Shown here: positions 10,648 through 18,678 of the stretch, one piece after another
Position numbering within the stretch: the first letter of the stretch is position 1
How the letters are laid out: each line of letters starts with the position of its first letter
Source: Legionellales bacterium UBA5158
Lineage (GTDB): Bacteria; Pseudomonadota; Gammaproteobacteria; DSM-16500
Reading direction: 5' to 3'
NCBI GenBank assembly: GCA_002413665.1
Contig: DHXK01000099.1
Coordinates: 1-32,387, forward strand
DNA: 32,387 bases
Notes under the pieces: generated by a model
What the model saw: the letters and a program-made list of their open reading frames with translations, nothing else
What the model was told of the DNA's origin: nothing
Databases searched by the model: none
Position numbers and translations under genes: made by a program

Positions 10648-11160
10648 ATGAACATAAAAAAAGTGATTGATATCTTAAAAGGTGGTGCAGAATATTATTT
10701 TCCGGCAGCAGGGGTAATGAGTGTCGCGTTAGGTGTTATAGCATTGTTTGTTGCTACACCATTAATTATCACGATCCCTATTATTGTAGCGATAGGAATT
10801 ACTTGCGCAGTTTACGGAGCTTACCAAGCAAATAAGAGAATCAATCAAAACGAGCTCCAAGAAATAGAACTACAAGAAGAACGAAGGAACTACAAACAGG
10901 ATCATAAAGAATTAATGGAGCTTGCTCGTACGTTAAAAGAAATCACGGCCAAATCACCACGTGAGGAAAAAGCTAATGAAATGCCAAGCACAGTTGTAGA
11001 TTTAGCACCAAGGTTGCAAAGTTACTATTCACGCGAATCGGGGAGCGCAAATTCTGCAACCTTCTTTGTGCTCAACGGGTCAAGAAAAGCTGATAAGAGA
11101 CGTCCTATACCGATGATAGATACCGCACCAACTAAAGGAGAAAGGATGTTAAGCGCATGA
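10648..11160 (+). CDS. Hypothetical protein with two N-terminal TM helices and a coiled coil (effector-like)
   Basis: AAGGAG RBS upstream; hydrophobic hairpin (residues about 20-60) followed by a Q/E/K-rich helical segment. Confidence 0.75.
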   Translation: MNIKKVIDILKGGAEYYFPAAGVMSVALGVIALFVATPLIITIPIIVAIGITCAVYGAYQANKRINQNELQEIELQEERRNYKQDHKELMELARTLKEITAKSPREEKANEMPSTVVDLAPRLQSYYSRESGSANSATFFVLNGSRKADKRRPIPMIDTAPTKGERMLSA

Positions 11161-11172
11161 TAAATAGAGTGT

Positions 11173-11207
11173 CTCTTTCCTCGCTAATCATTGGCGGGGA
11201 AGAGTTT
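11173..11207 (+). terminator. Putative intrinsic terminator
   Basis: CTCTTTCCTCGCTAA-tca-TTGGCGGGGAAGAG imperfect stem followed by TTT, just after the stop codon. Confidence 0.5.
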
Positions 11208-11265
11208 ATGGACTAATATCACGACTCATGTTAAAAAGACCTTCCATTTTATATCTGTGTGTTAA

Positions 11266-12651
11266 ATGATTTATCCCCTCACTTTAGGAATTCCCTATCA
11301 AAACCCAGCTGATGTTTTTGCACGTTTTGCAAGAAAAACAGGATCCGTTTTTTTGGATAGCGCTCAATTAAAAGAAGGCTGTGGTCGATATAGTATTATT
11401 GGTGTAGATCCATTTCTGATTATGAAAAGTAAAAATGGGTTTATTCAATTAGGTGAAGAAACCATTTTTGAAAATCCATTTTCTTTTTTAAAAAAACAAT
11501 TAGATTTGTACCCTTTGAAATTACATTCTGACAGTATGCCTTTTCAAGGTGGGTTGATGGGTTTTTTTAGTTATGACTTATGCCAACAGATAGAAAAGAT
11601 TCAATTACCCGCTGATGAAATTCAATTCGATGATTTAGTCTTGGGATATTATGATGTAGTGATTGGATTTGATCAGCTCTTAAAGAAATCCTGGATTTTT
11701 TCAAGCGGGTATCCAGAACAAGATGTTCATCTTCGCAAGCAACGTGCAACATTACGTTTAAATAACTTCTTAAAAATAATAAGTGCAGAGACAGAAGTTT
11801 CTTTCGAAGAATTTTCTTGCGAAGAAATCACGTCAAATTTTACAAGTGAAACTTATCAAGTTGCTGTGGGGAAAGTGATAGATTATATTTTGGCTGGCGA
11901 TGTTTTTGAAGCGAGTATTTCGCAACAATTTAAGGCTAGATTGCAAAAAAGTGCTTCATCATTTTCATTATATAAACGATTGCGCACACTCAATCCAGCT
12001 CCTTTTGCAGCATATTTAAATTTTTCAGAGCAAATTATCGCTTCCGCTTCCCCAGAAAGATTTTTAAAGTTAACTGAGCAATCAGTGGAGGCGCGTCCGA
12101 TCAAAGGTACGTGTGCCCGTGGAAAGTCTCCTGAAGAAGATAAAATGTTATCCTTGCAATTATTGAAAAGCAGTAAGGACATTGCAGAAAATATTATGAT
12201 AGTAGATCTCTTAAGAAATGATTTATCCCGAGTCTGTCTTGATCATAGTGTTAAAGTCCCACAGTTATGTGAATTAGAAACGTATGCCACGGTTCATCAT
12301 TTGGTATCTGTTGTCACGGGAGAATTAAAATCTTCATTAGACTCAATTGATTTATTGCGCGCTAGTTTCCCGGGGGGATCTATTACAGGTGCACCAAAAA
12401 TTAGAGCGATGGAAATTATTTCTGAGATTGAGTCAGCTCGTCGCGGTCCTTACTGTGGAAGTGTGGGATATATAGGTTTTAATGGAGATATGGATTTATC
12501 CATTACGATACGAACTTTTGCTATCAAAAAAGATATCATCACATTTCAAGTAGGTGGTGCTGTGACCGCAGATTCTAATTCAAAAGCAGAATATGAAGAA
12601 ACACTCACGAAAGCGCAGGCATTGTTTAACGCGTTGGCATCAGAGATATGA
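11266..12651 (+). CDS. pabB: Aminodeoxychorismate synthase component I
   Basis: [24 protein letters not shown] and [18 protein letters not shown] motifs; PIKGT is typical of PabB rather than TrpE. Confidence 0.88.
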   Translation: MIYPLTLGIPYQNPADVFARFARKTGSVFLDSAQLKEGCGRYSIIGVDPFLIMKSKNGFIQLGEETIFENPFSFLKKQLDLYPLKLHSDSMPFQGGLMGFFSYDLCQQIEKIQLPADEIQFDDLVLGYYDVVIGFDQLLKKSWIFSSGYPEQDVHLRKQRATLRLNNFLKIISAETEVSFEEFSCEEITSNFTSETYQVAVGKVIDYILAGDVFEASISQQFKARLQKSASSFSLYKRLRTLNPAPFAAYLNFSEQIIASASPERFLKLTEQSVEARPIKGTCARGKSPEEDKMLSLQLLKSSKDIAENIMIVDLLRNDLSRVCLDHSVKVPQLCELETYATVHHLVSVVTGELKSSLDSIDLLRASFPGGSITGAPKIRAMEIISEIESARRGPYCGSVGYIGFNGDMDLSITIRTFAIKKDIITFQVGGAVTADSNSKAEYEETLTKAQALFNALASEI

Positions 12652-13214
12652 TTTTATTAATTGATAATTATGATTCATTTGTTTATAACCTCGCTCGATA
12701 CGTAGGTGAGCTAGGGTATGATAGGCAGGTTGTGCGTAATGATGCGATTACACTAGCTGATATTGATTTATTGAAGCCCAGTCATATTATCATTTCACCG
12801 GGACCTTGTGCTCCAGATCAAGCAGGAATATCTTTGGATGTTATTCACTATTTTAGCAAAAAAATTCCAATACTAGGCGTGTGTTTAGGTCACCAAGCTA
12901 TTGCCCAAGCGTACGGTGGGATAGTTGCGCGAGCAAAGAAGCCTATGCATGGCAAGGCTTCCTTCATTGAGCACAATCAAAAAAATATTTTTGTGAATCT
13001 AGAAAATCCAATGTTGGCATCACGGTATCATTCTTTGATAGTGCAGGAAGAAAAATTTCCCCATGACTTAGAAATCACTGCACGTAGTGAAGAAGGTGAA
13101 ATTATGGCGTTGCAGCACAGAGAGTTTCCTGTGTTTGGCGTGCAGTTTCATCCGGAGTCAATCTTGACAAAAGAGGGTTATGCATTGTTAGAGAATTTTC
13201 TTGGAAAAAATTAG
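12648..13214 (+). CDS. pabA: Glutamine amidotransferase (aminodeoxychorismate/anthranilate synthase component II)
   Basis: IDNYDSF, SPGP, GVCLGHQ and QFHPES motifs; ATGA overlap with pabB. Confidence 0.9.
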   Translation: MILLIDNYDSFVYNLARYVGELGYDRQVVRNDAITLADIDLLKPSHIIISPGPCAPDQAGISLDVIHYFSKKIPILGVCLGHQAIAQAYGGIVARAKKPMHGKASFIEHNQKNIFVNLENPMLASRYHSLIVQEEKFPHDLEITARSEEGEIMALQHREFPVFGVQFHPESILTKEGYALLENFLGKN

Positions 13215-13227
13215 CATGTAAGTATTG

Positions 13228-14022
13228 CTAATCCTCATATTTAAATCCTATTCTCTCAAAGTGTCCTTCTAATTCATCAACATTATTGAAACGTATTTTC
13301 ACATAACCACCGCCACGTTCTTCACAATCAATTTGTACTCTGTTACCTATATGATTTGTTAAAGCAGTTTCTAAATGTTTAATGTTAGGGTCGCTAAATC
13401 GACTTTCAGTACCATCTTGAGTTTGATATTTTTTTGCTTCTATCTCAATTTTACGTACGCTCCATTTTTTGAGTAATGCACGTTCAGCGAGTTCGAATTG
13501 TTGAGTGGCGGGTAAACCTGCAAGAATTTTTCCGTGACCTTCTGTGAGCTGGCCTGTAATTAAGAATTCTTGTACGCGTGCATCTAATTTTAATAAACGT
13601 AAAGCATTAGTAATTTTAGTACGAGATTTTCCGACGGTGGCCGCGACTTCATCATGTAAGTAATGAAACTCATCAATCAATCGTTGATAGCCTTGTGCTT
13701 CTTCAATGGGATTTAAATCTGCACGATTAATATTTTCAATAATGGCAGCTTGTAGTGCTTGTTCATCGCTGTAAAAACTGACTAAACAGCTGACTTCACT
13801 TAACCCTGCTAGTTGAGCCGCACGCCAGCGGCGTTCACCGGCCACAATTTCGAATTTATTGTTGTCTAAGGGTCTTACGACTATAGGCTGTAGAAGTCCG
13901 CCAGTCGTTTTGATGGACTCAGCTAGCTCTCGTAACTGCTCACCGTCAAAATGCTTCCTAGGCTGGTATCTGCCTCGTACTAGCTGATCTAATGATAGTT
14001 GTTGAAGTGTAGATTTGGGCAT
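13228..14022 (-). CDS. parB: ParB/Spo0J family partition protein (no adjacent parA)
   Basis: YQPRK.F, GLLQPIVVR, AGERRWRA, IENINR.DLNPIEEA motifs and an HTH. Confidence 0.88.
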   Translation of the reverse strand: MPKSTLQQLSLDQLVRGRYQPRKHFDGEQLRELAESIKTTGGLLQPIVVRPLDNNKFEIVAGERRWRAAQLAGLSEVSCLVSFYSDEQALQAAIIENINRADLNPIEEAQGYQRLIDEFHYLHDEVAATVGKSRTKITNALRLLKLDARVQEFLITGQLTEGHGKILAGLPATQQFELAERALLKKWSVRKIEIEAKKYQTQDGTESRFSDPNIKHLETALTNHIGNRVQIDCEERGGGYVKIRFNNVDELEGHFERIGFKYED

Positions 14023-14121
14023 ATGGCTTTATCATCCTGATGGGTATGAGTAGCAAAAAATTTTACGATAATTACATGGTCAGTCGTTAGCAAGAAATAT
14101 ACTACAGAAGGTGATGAATCA

Positions 14122-14201
14122 AAATAGAAAAGTGAAGCGCTCTTTTTCTATTTGGTATGACAGGATCCTTGGTATGTGTTTAGCCATTTATACCAAAGAT
14201 C
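14122..14201. terminator. Two imperfect hairpins downstream of the J-domain gene
   Basis: AAATAGAAAAG...TTTTTCTATTT (14122-14153) and GATCCTTGGTAT...ATACCAAAGATC (14164-14201). Confidence 0.4.
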
Positions 14202-14212
14202 AAGTGTATTTA

Positions 14213-16498
14213 CTAATGTGAAGGCGATGTTGCCATAGACAAAGGTTGCCTGTTTTGTTCAGCAGCTAAATGAGGTTTACACTCAGTGGCTAGTATTTGA
14301 TGATGTTTACATAGTTCATGTAAAAGTTTAAATTGTGCCGCACAGAAATACCACTCATGCTTTTCGATGGATTTTATAAGCTGTAAAGAAATTTGCACAC
14401 TGTTGGAGTAAGAAAGTTTTGAAACAAATGGAATGATTAACTCAGCTTCTGCTTCTTGAGTATTGAGGGTTCTCGTAAAAAAAACTGGAAATACAGTTTG
14501 CATTACATACTGTTCGTCTAATCGTGCCAAAGCATTTTTTAAAATCAGGTAAAGAGGCGAGATTTTTTCTATCTTTTGTATTGATGAGTTACTTAAAATA
14601 AAGGGTAGCAGTTTAGTTTGCAAAATTATAGGTTCAACATATTTTGTAACATCGATTAGTAACGGTTCTATCATTGAATCATAGCTGCGGCTTGAGGTAA
14701 AATCTGCTTTTGCTAATAGTTGCTCAAATAAATCTGCAAAGATTTTTGCATCGCCACACAATGGCAAATAGTTTTGTAAAGTTTTGAGGTATTCAGTTGT
14801 CACATTTGTCGTAAATAGTGCATAAAGATTTTTAAAAATAATATTTTTAATAGTTGCAGGTAACTGATGTTCGGGTAATTCGCTGAGTTTATTTAAATAA
14901 TCTAACTTCGTTTCGCTTAGTTTTATGCCAGGACTGAAGATTTTTTTCATTACGAATGGAATGATAGTTGCATCGATTGCAGCTGATGACATGACAACTA
15001 ATTTATAGCTGTTTGTAAATAAATATCCTTTTTCGGCAAGATCTTCTTCGAAACCTCGTGCAAGCACTAGCAGGATTTCAGCCCACTTTAATTTGTCAGC
15101 ATCTACAGCAGCGCGCTCAAGTGCAAGTAGGCGTGCATAAACTTGATATACTTCACGGTATGCTAAGAAGTTGAATTCTAGATACTTAATTAATTTCGGA
15201 GCTAGAATTTCCAAAATAATCTGGGGCGCAATAAGATGTAAAATACTTTCTATCGTTTTAAAATTTCTGCTTCGAATAACTTCTTGATTGATTTCTAATG
15301 ATTGAATTGCAATTGGAAAAATATATTTTTCGGTAATATTTTTACCGAGACGCAAAGCTATTTCCGTTAGCATTTCACTAAAATGATAATCTTCATATAT
15401 GTGCTTGCTTGCAATCAGTGTTGGTAAAATATGTTTTTCAACACACAGTGGATCAACGGTTTGAATGGTTTTGCAAAGAATTGTATAAGGATTAGCATGA
15501 AACTCTGTTACGTTATTTGCGTCACTTATGACTGCTAGAATAAATGGCAAAATGACATTTTCTATCAAATTTGCAGGAGCTTGCTGGGTAAGCTTTACAA
15601 GGTTATTCATATGAGAATATTGATCAAGCCTATTTCTGCCTGTTTTAATTCCATGAATGACAGTATTGACCGCTACCGTTAATTCACCAGTAAAGAATAG
15701 TACCTCGGCATCAGCAGAGGTTAAGTTTCTAACATTTCGAGTGGAATAGATTAATTCCCGAGTTTTTGTGCGAAAAATTGTTTGTGCCAGGATATCATCA
15801 AAAACGGTCAGAGAGATTTGCTTTTTAAGTTTATGAGTATTGTCGAGTAGCGCTAAATAGAGAGGATATATTGCAAAAAAAGCATTAAACAGTTCAATAA
15901 ATTCGCCTTGCGGATTAAGTGGTGTTGGCTCTTTATCGATGCGAGCAAACACTTCGACTAGTCCTACTGGCAACTCATCTATAACTGGCTGAGCAGCACC
16001 CGATTTTTTCAATAGCTCTTTGAGTTCTAGCACTAACGGAATATGCCCGCGACCATGGCCCCAGAGACTGAACATTGAACCAGGTGCTATATATAAATCA
16101 AATAAGCCGTTGAGTATAGTGATAGGGTCAGCATTTACATTTTCAAGCATTTCTAAAATACGTCCTGCATAGCGACCAAATATTTTATTCTTACTTAAAA
16201 ATTTAACGCGCCAGCTTTCTGATTTCGGTGGTTTATTTTTTTCTTCGAGGTGAATGGCGGCTATATAAGCGTTAATATCGATATGATCCATTGTGAAGCG
16301 TGTGAAAAATGATGAAGCTGAGGCGGCAACCTCGTCAGGCTTGGTAAGTTTTTCATAGGCCTGCTGAATTTTTTCAAATTGATCGCGATCTCCACCTTTA
16401 TCCGGATGAAATTTAACAACAAGTTTTTTATATGCCTTTCGAATTTCTTCCGCAGTAGCGTTAGGAGCAATCTCTAAAATCTCATAAGATGTTGGCAT
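14213..16498 (-). CDS. J-domain protein with a long helical HEAT/ARM-like C-terminal region (effector-like)
   Basis: N-terminal YEILEI...IRKAYKKL...HPDKGGD...FEKIQQAYE.L; recurring [IL][LIF]P[FTI][LIV] helical motifs; AAGGGA RBS. Confidence 0.8.
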   Translation of the reverse strand: MPTSYEILEIAPNATAEEIRKAYKKLVVKFHPDKGGDRDQFEKIQQAYEKLTKPDEVAASASSFFTRFTMDHIDINAYIAAIHLEEKNKPPKSESWRVKFLSKNKIFGRYAGRILEMLENVNADPITILNGLFDLYIAPGSMFSLWGHGRGHIPLVLELKELLKKSGAAQPVIDELPVGLVEVFARIDKEPTPLNPQGEFIELFNAFFAIYPLYLALLDNTHKLKKQISLTVFDDILAQTIFRTKTRELIYSTRNVRNLTSADAEVLFFTGELTVAVNTVIHGIKTGRNRLDQYSHMNNLVKLTQQAPANLIENVILPFILAVISDANNVTEFHANPYTILCKTIQTVDPLCVEKHILPTLIASKHIYEDYHFSEMLTEIALRLGKNITEKYIFPIAIQSLEINQEVIRSRNFKTIESILHLIAPQIILEILAPKLIKYLEFNFLAYREVYQVYARLLALERAAVDADKLKWAEILLVLARGFEEDLAEKGYLFTNSYKLVVMSSAAIDATIIPFVMKKIFSPGIKLSETKLDYLNKLSELPEHQLPATIKNIIFKNLYALFTTNVTTEYLKTLQNYLPLCGDAKIFADLFEQLLAKADFTSSRSYDSMIEPLLIDVTKYVEPIILQTKLLPFILSNSSIQKIEKISPLYLILKNALARLDEQYVMQTVFPVFFTRTLNTQEAEAELIIPFVSKLSYSNSVQISLQLIKSIEKHEWYFCAAQFKLLHELCKHHQILATECKPHLAAEQNRQPLSMATSPSH

Positions 16499-16563
16499 AC
16501 AGTTATTCCCTTTTTATATGTCTATTGGCCATGATGAATAGCCTCAGAGTTTCCATCAATCAT

Positions 16564-16591
16564 AGATTAGCAGGATAGATTTTTTTTGCAA
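16564..16591 (-). promoter_or_regulatory. Putative sigma70 promoter for the J-domain gene
   Basis: Minus strand TTGCAA-16 nt-TAATCT. Confidence 0.4.
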
Positions 16592-16940
16592 TGGAGGCTA
16601 TTAAGTACCCAATGAGATTTGTTCGCCAAATTATAGTACTAGCTACATTTTGGATTAGAGAAAAAATATTTAATTATTTTGTTTCATTGTGATTAGAAGT
16701 TAATAAATTAATTATTATTTGTTCTGAAGCTATAGTGAAAAAAATTTTTAGCATTATGATTGGTGATGTGAAAGAAGCTACTTCTGCTTAAAAATAGATA
16801 GATTATGTTGTCACCATTGCAATTAAACAATTACATTTTTCTATTATTTTTTAATTATAAAGAAAAATTATTTATTTTTTTAATATAATATTTTTTTATT
16901 TATTGATTTTTTTATTTACACAAAAAAATTTTATGAAAAC

Positions 16941-16969
16941 TTGAAATAATTATTCAGAAGGTCTACACT
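16941..16969 (+). promoter_or_regulatory. Putative sigma70 promoter of the micropeptide array
   Basis: TTGAAA (16941-46), a 17-nt spacer and TACACT (16964-69), preceded by a very AT-rich tract. Confidence 0.55.
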
Positions 16970-17070
16970 GCTCTTAAGGTTGATGAATAAATAAATTTAT
17001 TTACCACCTTGAAAAAAAATTTTTATCTCTCAGTTGTATTAGTGTTATATCTTGTTTATAGGAGGTAATG

Positions 17071-17124
17071 ATGGTTGAAAGCCATTTGATAACTGCTCTT
17101 TGGATGTTACACACGGAAACATAG
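17071..17124 (+). CDS. 17-aa micropeptide 1, MVESHLITALWMLHTET
   Basis: GGAGGT RBS at 17061-66 (an extra in-frame ATG at 17068 is very close to the RBS); shared WxLxTET-stop end. Confidence 0.7.
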   Translation: MVESHLITALWMLHTET

Positions 17125-17195
17125 TTAACTAAAAAGGTTAAGCCAATTAAAATAGTGATTGCATCACTTAGTTAACCTGATAATGGAGGTAAATT

Positions 17196-17249
17196 ATGAT
17201 GGAGAGTGACACAACATTTATAAGATGGAAATTAATGACAGAAACATAG
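17196..17249 (+). CDS. 17-aa micropeptide 2, MMESDTTFIRWKLMTET
   Basis: GGAGGT RBS at 17185-90; shared WxLxTET-stop end. Confidence 0.72.
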   Translation: MMESDTTFIRWKLMTET

Positions 17250-17308
17250 CTGTGCTAACTCCTAAATTTATAGATGTTCACCAATAAATTATATTTCTAG
17301 GAGGGACA

Positions 17309-17362
17309 ATGAGAATGCTCACTTTTTTTGTCAAGAAATGGATGTTAAAAACTGAAACATAA
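17309..17362 (+). CDS. 17-aa micropeptide 3, MRMLTFFVKKWMLKTET
   Basis: AGGAGG RBS at 17299-17304; shared WxLxTET-stop end. Confidence 0.72.
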   Translation: MRMLTFFVKKWMLKTET

Positions 17363-17392
17363 AGTTAGAAAGTTAGAAAGTTACAAAGTTAG
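17361..17392. repeat. 8-bp tandem repeat (AAAGTTAG) x4
   Basis: AAAGTTAG AAAGTTAG AAAGTTAC AAAGTTAG. Confidence 0.9.
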
Positions 17393-17439
17393 GTATATTT
17401 TTTAATATGTATAATTAAATATTTAGTGAGGATTTGATT

Positions 17440-17463
17440 ATGTATGTTGATACCGTCACATAG
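17440..17463 (+). CDS. 7-aa mini-ORF MYVDTVT (possible fourth array member)
   Basis: GAGGA RBS at 17428-32; ends ACC-GTC-ACA-TAG (T-x-T-stop) like peptides 1-3. Confidence 0.4.
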   Translation: MYVDTVT

Positions 17464-17504
17464 CGTTAGTGTATTTGCCCGATAGTTAGTTAATACCAGC
17501 AAGT

Positions 17505-17539
17505 AAAAACCCACCATATCGGGCAGGTGGGTTTTTTTT
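17505..17539. terminator. Rho-independent terminator, probably bidirectional
   Basis: AAAAACCCACC-10-nt loop-GGTGGGTTTTTTTT, between the peptide array (+) and the convergent 364-aa gene (-). Confidence 0.85.
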
Positions 17540-17544
17540 GTCTA

Positions 17545-18639
17545 TTATCTTTTTCTGAAGTGAAAATTGGTATGCACGGGTGGAGTACTCGAAGCTTTTG
17601 TCGTTAAAATTTCTTTTTGCAATTTTTCTATTTTAGTAAGATAAAATTTTTCAAGGGCTTTCTTAGTATTTTTGAGATTGGATATTTCTTCAGGCTTACA
17701 TCTTAACAAAGACTGTAAATAAGAATCTCTCACCGTCTGCGTTTCAACACAAAATTCTTGATCTAAAGTTCCTCTTTTTTCTAAATCAATTAAGGCAGGT
17801 ACTAAGCTTGGTTTAAATGTAAAAGGAAAGGTGGTTGCTTTTTTTGTAACTTTGGACATTATGTCGTTCATCATAACTAAGAATTGATTTAATCCTTCAA
17901 TGGGATTTATATTTCCTTGTGCTACGTCTTGAATTATTTTAATGCTATTTAATCGCCCTGAATAAGTATTTTCTAATAGACCATCTAGCTCATTTACGAA
18001 ACTAGGTAATTCAACAGTCGAATTTAAGTTCTCTAAGAAATGTGTTCCACTTAATATGCTTGTCGGATCTGATTCCGTATGATGTGCATGATTAATTGTT
18101 TTATCAATTAACGAAGGAAAAAAACTACTATGGCAGGCTTGTGTAATAGTGTTTTTTTCAGGATCGTGTCGTCCAATTCCATGTTGAATGTTGGTGTGGC
18201 CTTGTACTGGTAAATAATGTGTATTGTAATAGGCGACTAATGTATAAAAAAACAAATCGACTCTACGACTTGCATGTTCCATTATGTTATTTTCTGACAA
18301 TTTTAATAATGCTGGAGCATCATTTTTTTTCTTGTTTAAATCTTTTTGGGATGCAGGAAGTGATATAGCGACGCTGTTATTATCTTTATAGTCGGTACGT
18401 ATTCTATGTTTGTTCCATCCAATGTTTTTTTCTTTTATCTTTAAGGGGTTAAATAATAAGTTATTGAAATTTGCGCTTGAAAACCTAAGCGATGATTTTC
18501 GAATTTTGAGAGGAGGAACAGATAAAAATTGATGAACTTTGTGGTAGGTATCTTCGTTGGGTATAAATAATTGTAATAATTCGCTTCGGATTTTTTGAGT
18601 TTTTTTATTTCTAATTGCATAACCAAAAAATCTCATCAT
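17545..18639 (-). CDS. Hypothetical protein (364 aa, basic N-terminus; effector-like)
   Basis: Long ORF with an AAGGAG RBS; no family recognised. Confidence 0.8.
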   Translation of the reverse strand: MMRFFGYAIRNKKTQKIRSELLQLFIPNEDTYHKVHQFLSVPPLKIRKSSLRFSSANFNNLLFNPLKIKEKNIGWNKHRIRTDYKDNNSVAISLPASQKDLNKKKNDAPALLKLSENNIMEHASRRVDLFFYTLVAYYNTHYLPVQGHTNIQHGIGRHDPEKNTITQACHSSFFPSLIDKTINHAHHTESDPTSILSGTHFLENLNSTVELPSFVNELDGLLENTYSGRLNSIKIIQDVAQGNINPIEGLNQFLVMMNDIMSKVTKKATTFPFTFKPSLVPALIDLEKRGTLDQEFCVETQTVRDSYLQSLLRCKPEEISNLKNTKKALEKFYLTKIEKLQKEILTTKASSTPPVHTNFHFRKR

Positions 18640-18678
18640 TTAGGCTCCTTCGTTTAAAGGATAACTTTACTCATCATT

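Noticed and set aside
16620..16940. Possible replication origin (AT-rich, near a parB gene)
   Set aside because: No DnaA boxes (TTATCCACA) or GATC clustering seen, and no dnaA/gidA/parA context.
17071..17362. Type I toxin (Ibs/Ldr/Hok-like) interpretation of the 17-aa peptides
   Set aside because: The peptides lack a continuous hydrophobic helix and their conserved part is polar (TET).
17061..17463. CRISPR array or type III antitoxin repeat interpretation of the recurring TGG..TTA...AC.GAAACATA motif
   Set aside because: The repeats are only partly identical, vary in a codon-like manner and have 101-125-nt spacing; no cas or ToxN-like gene is recognisable.
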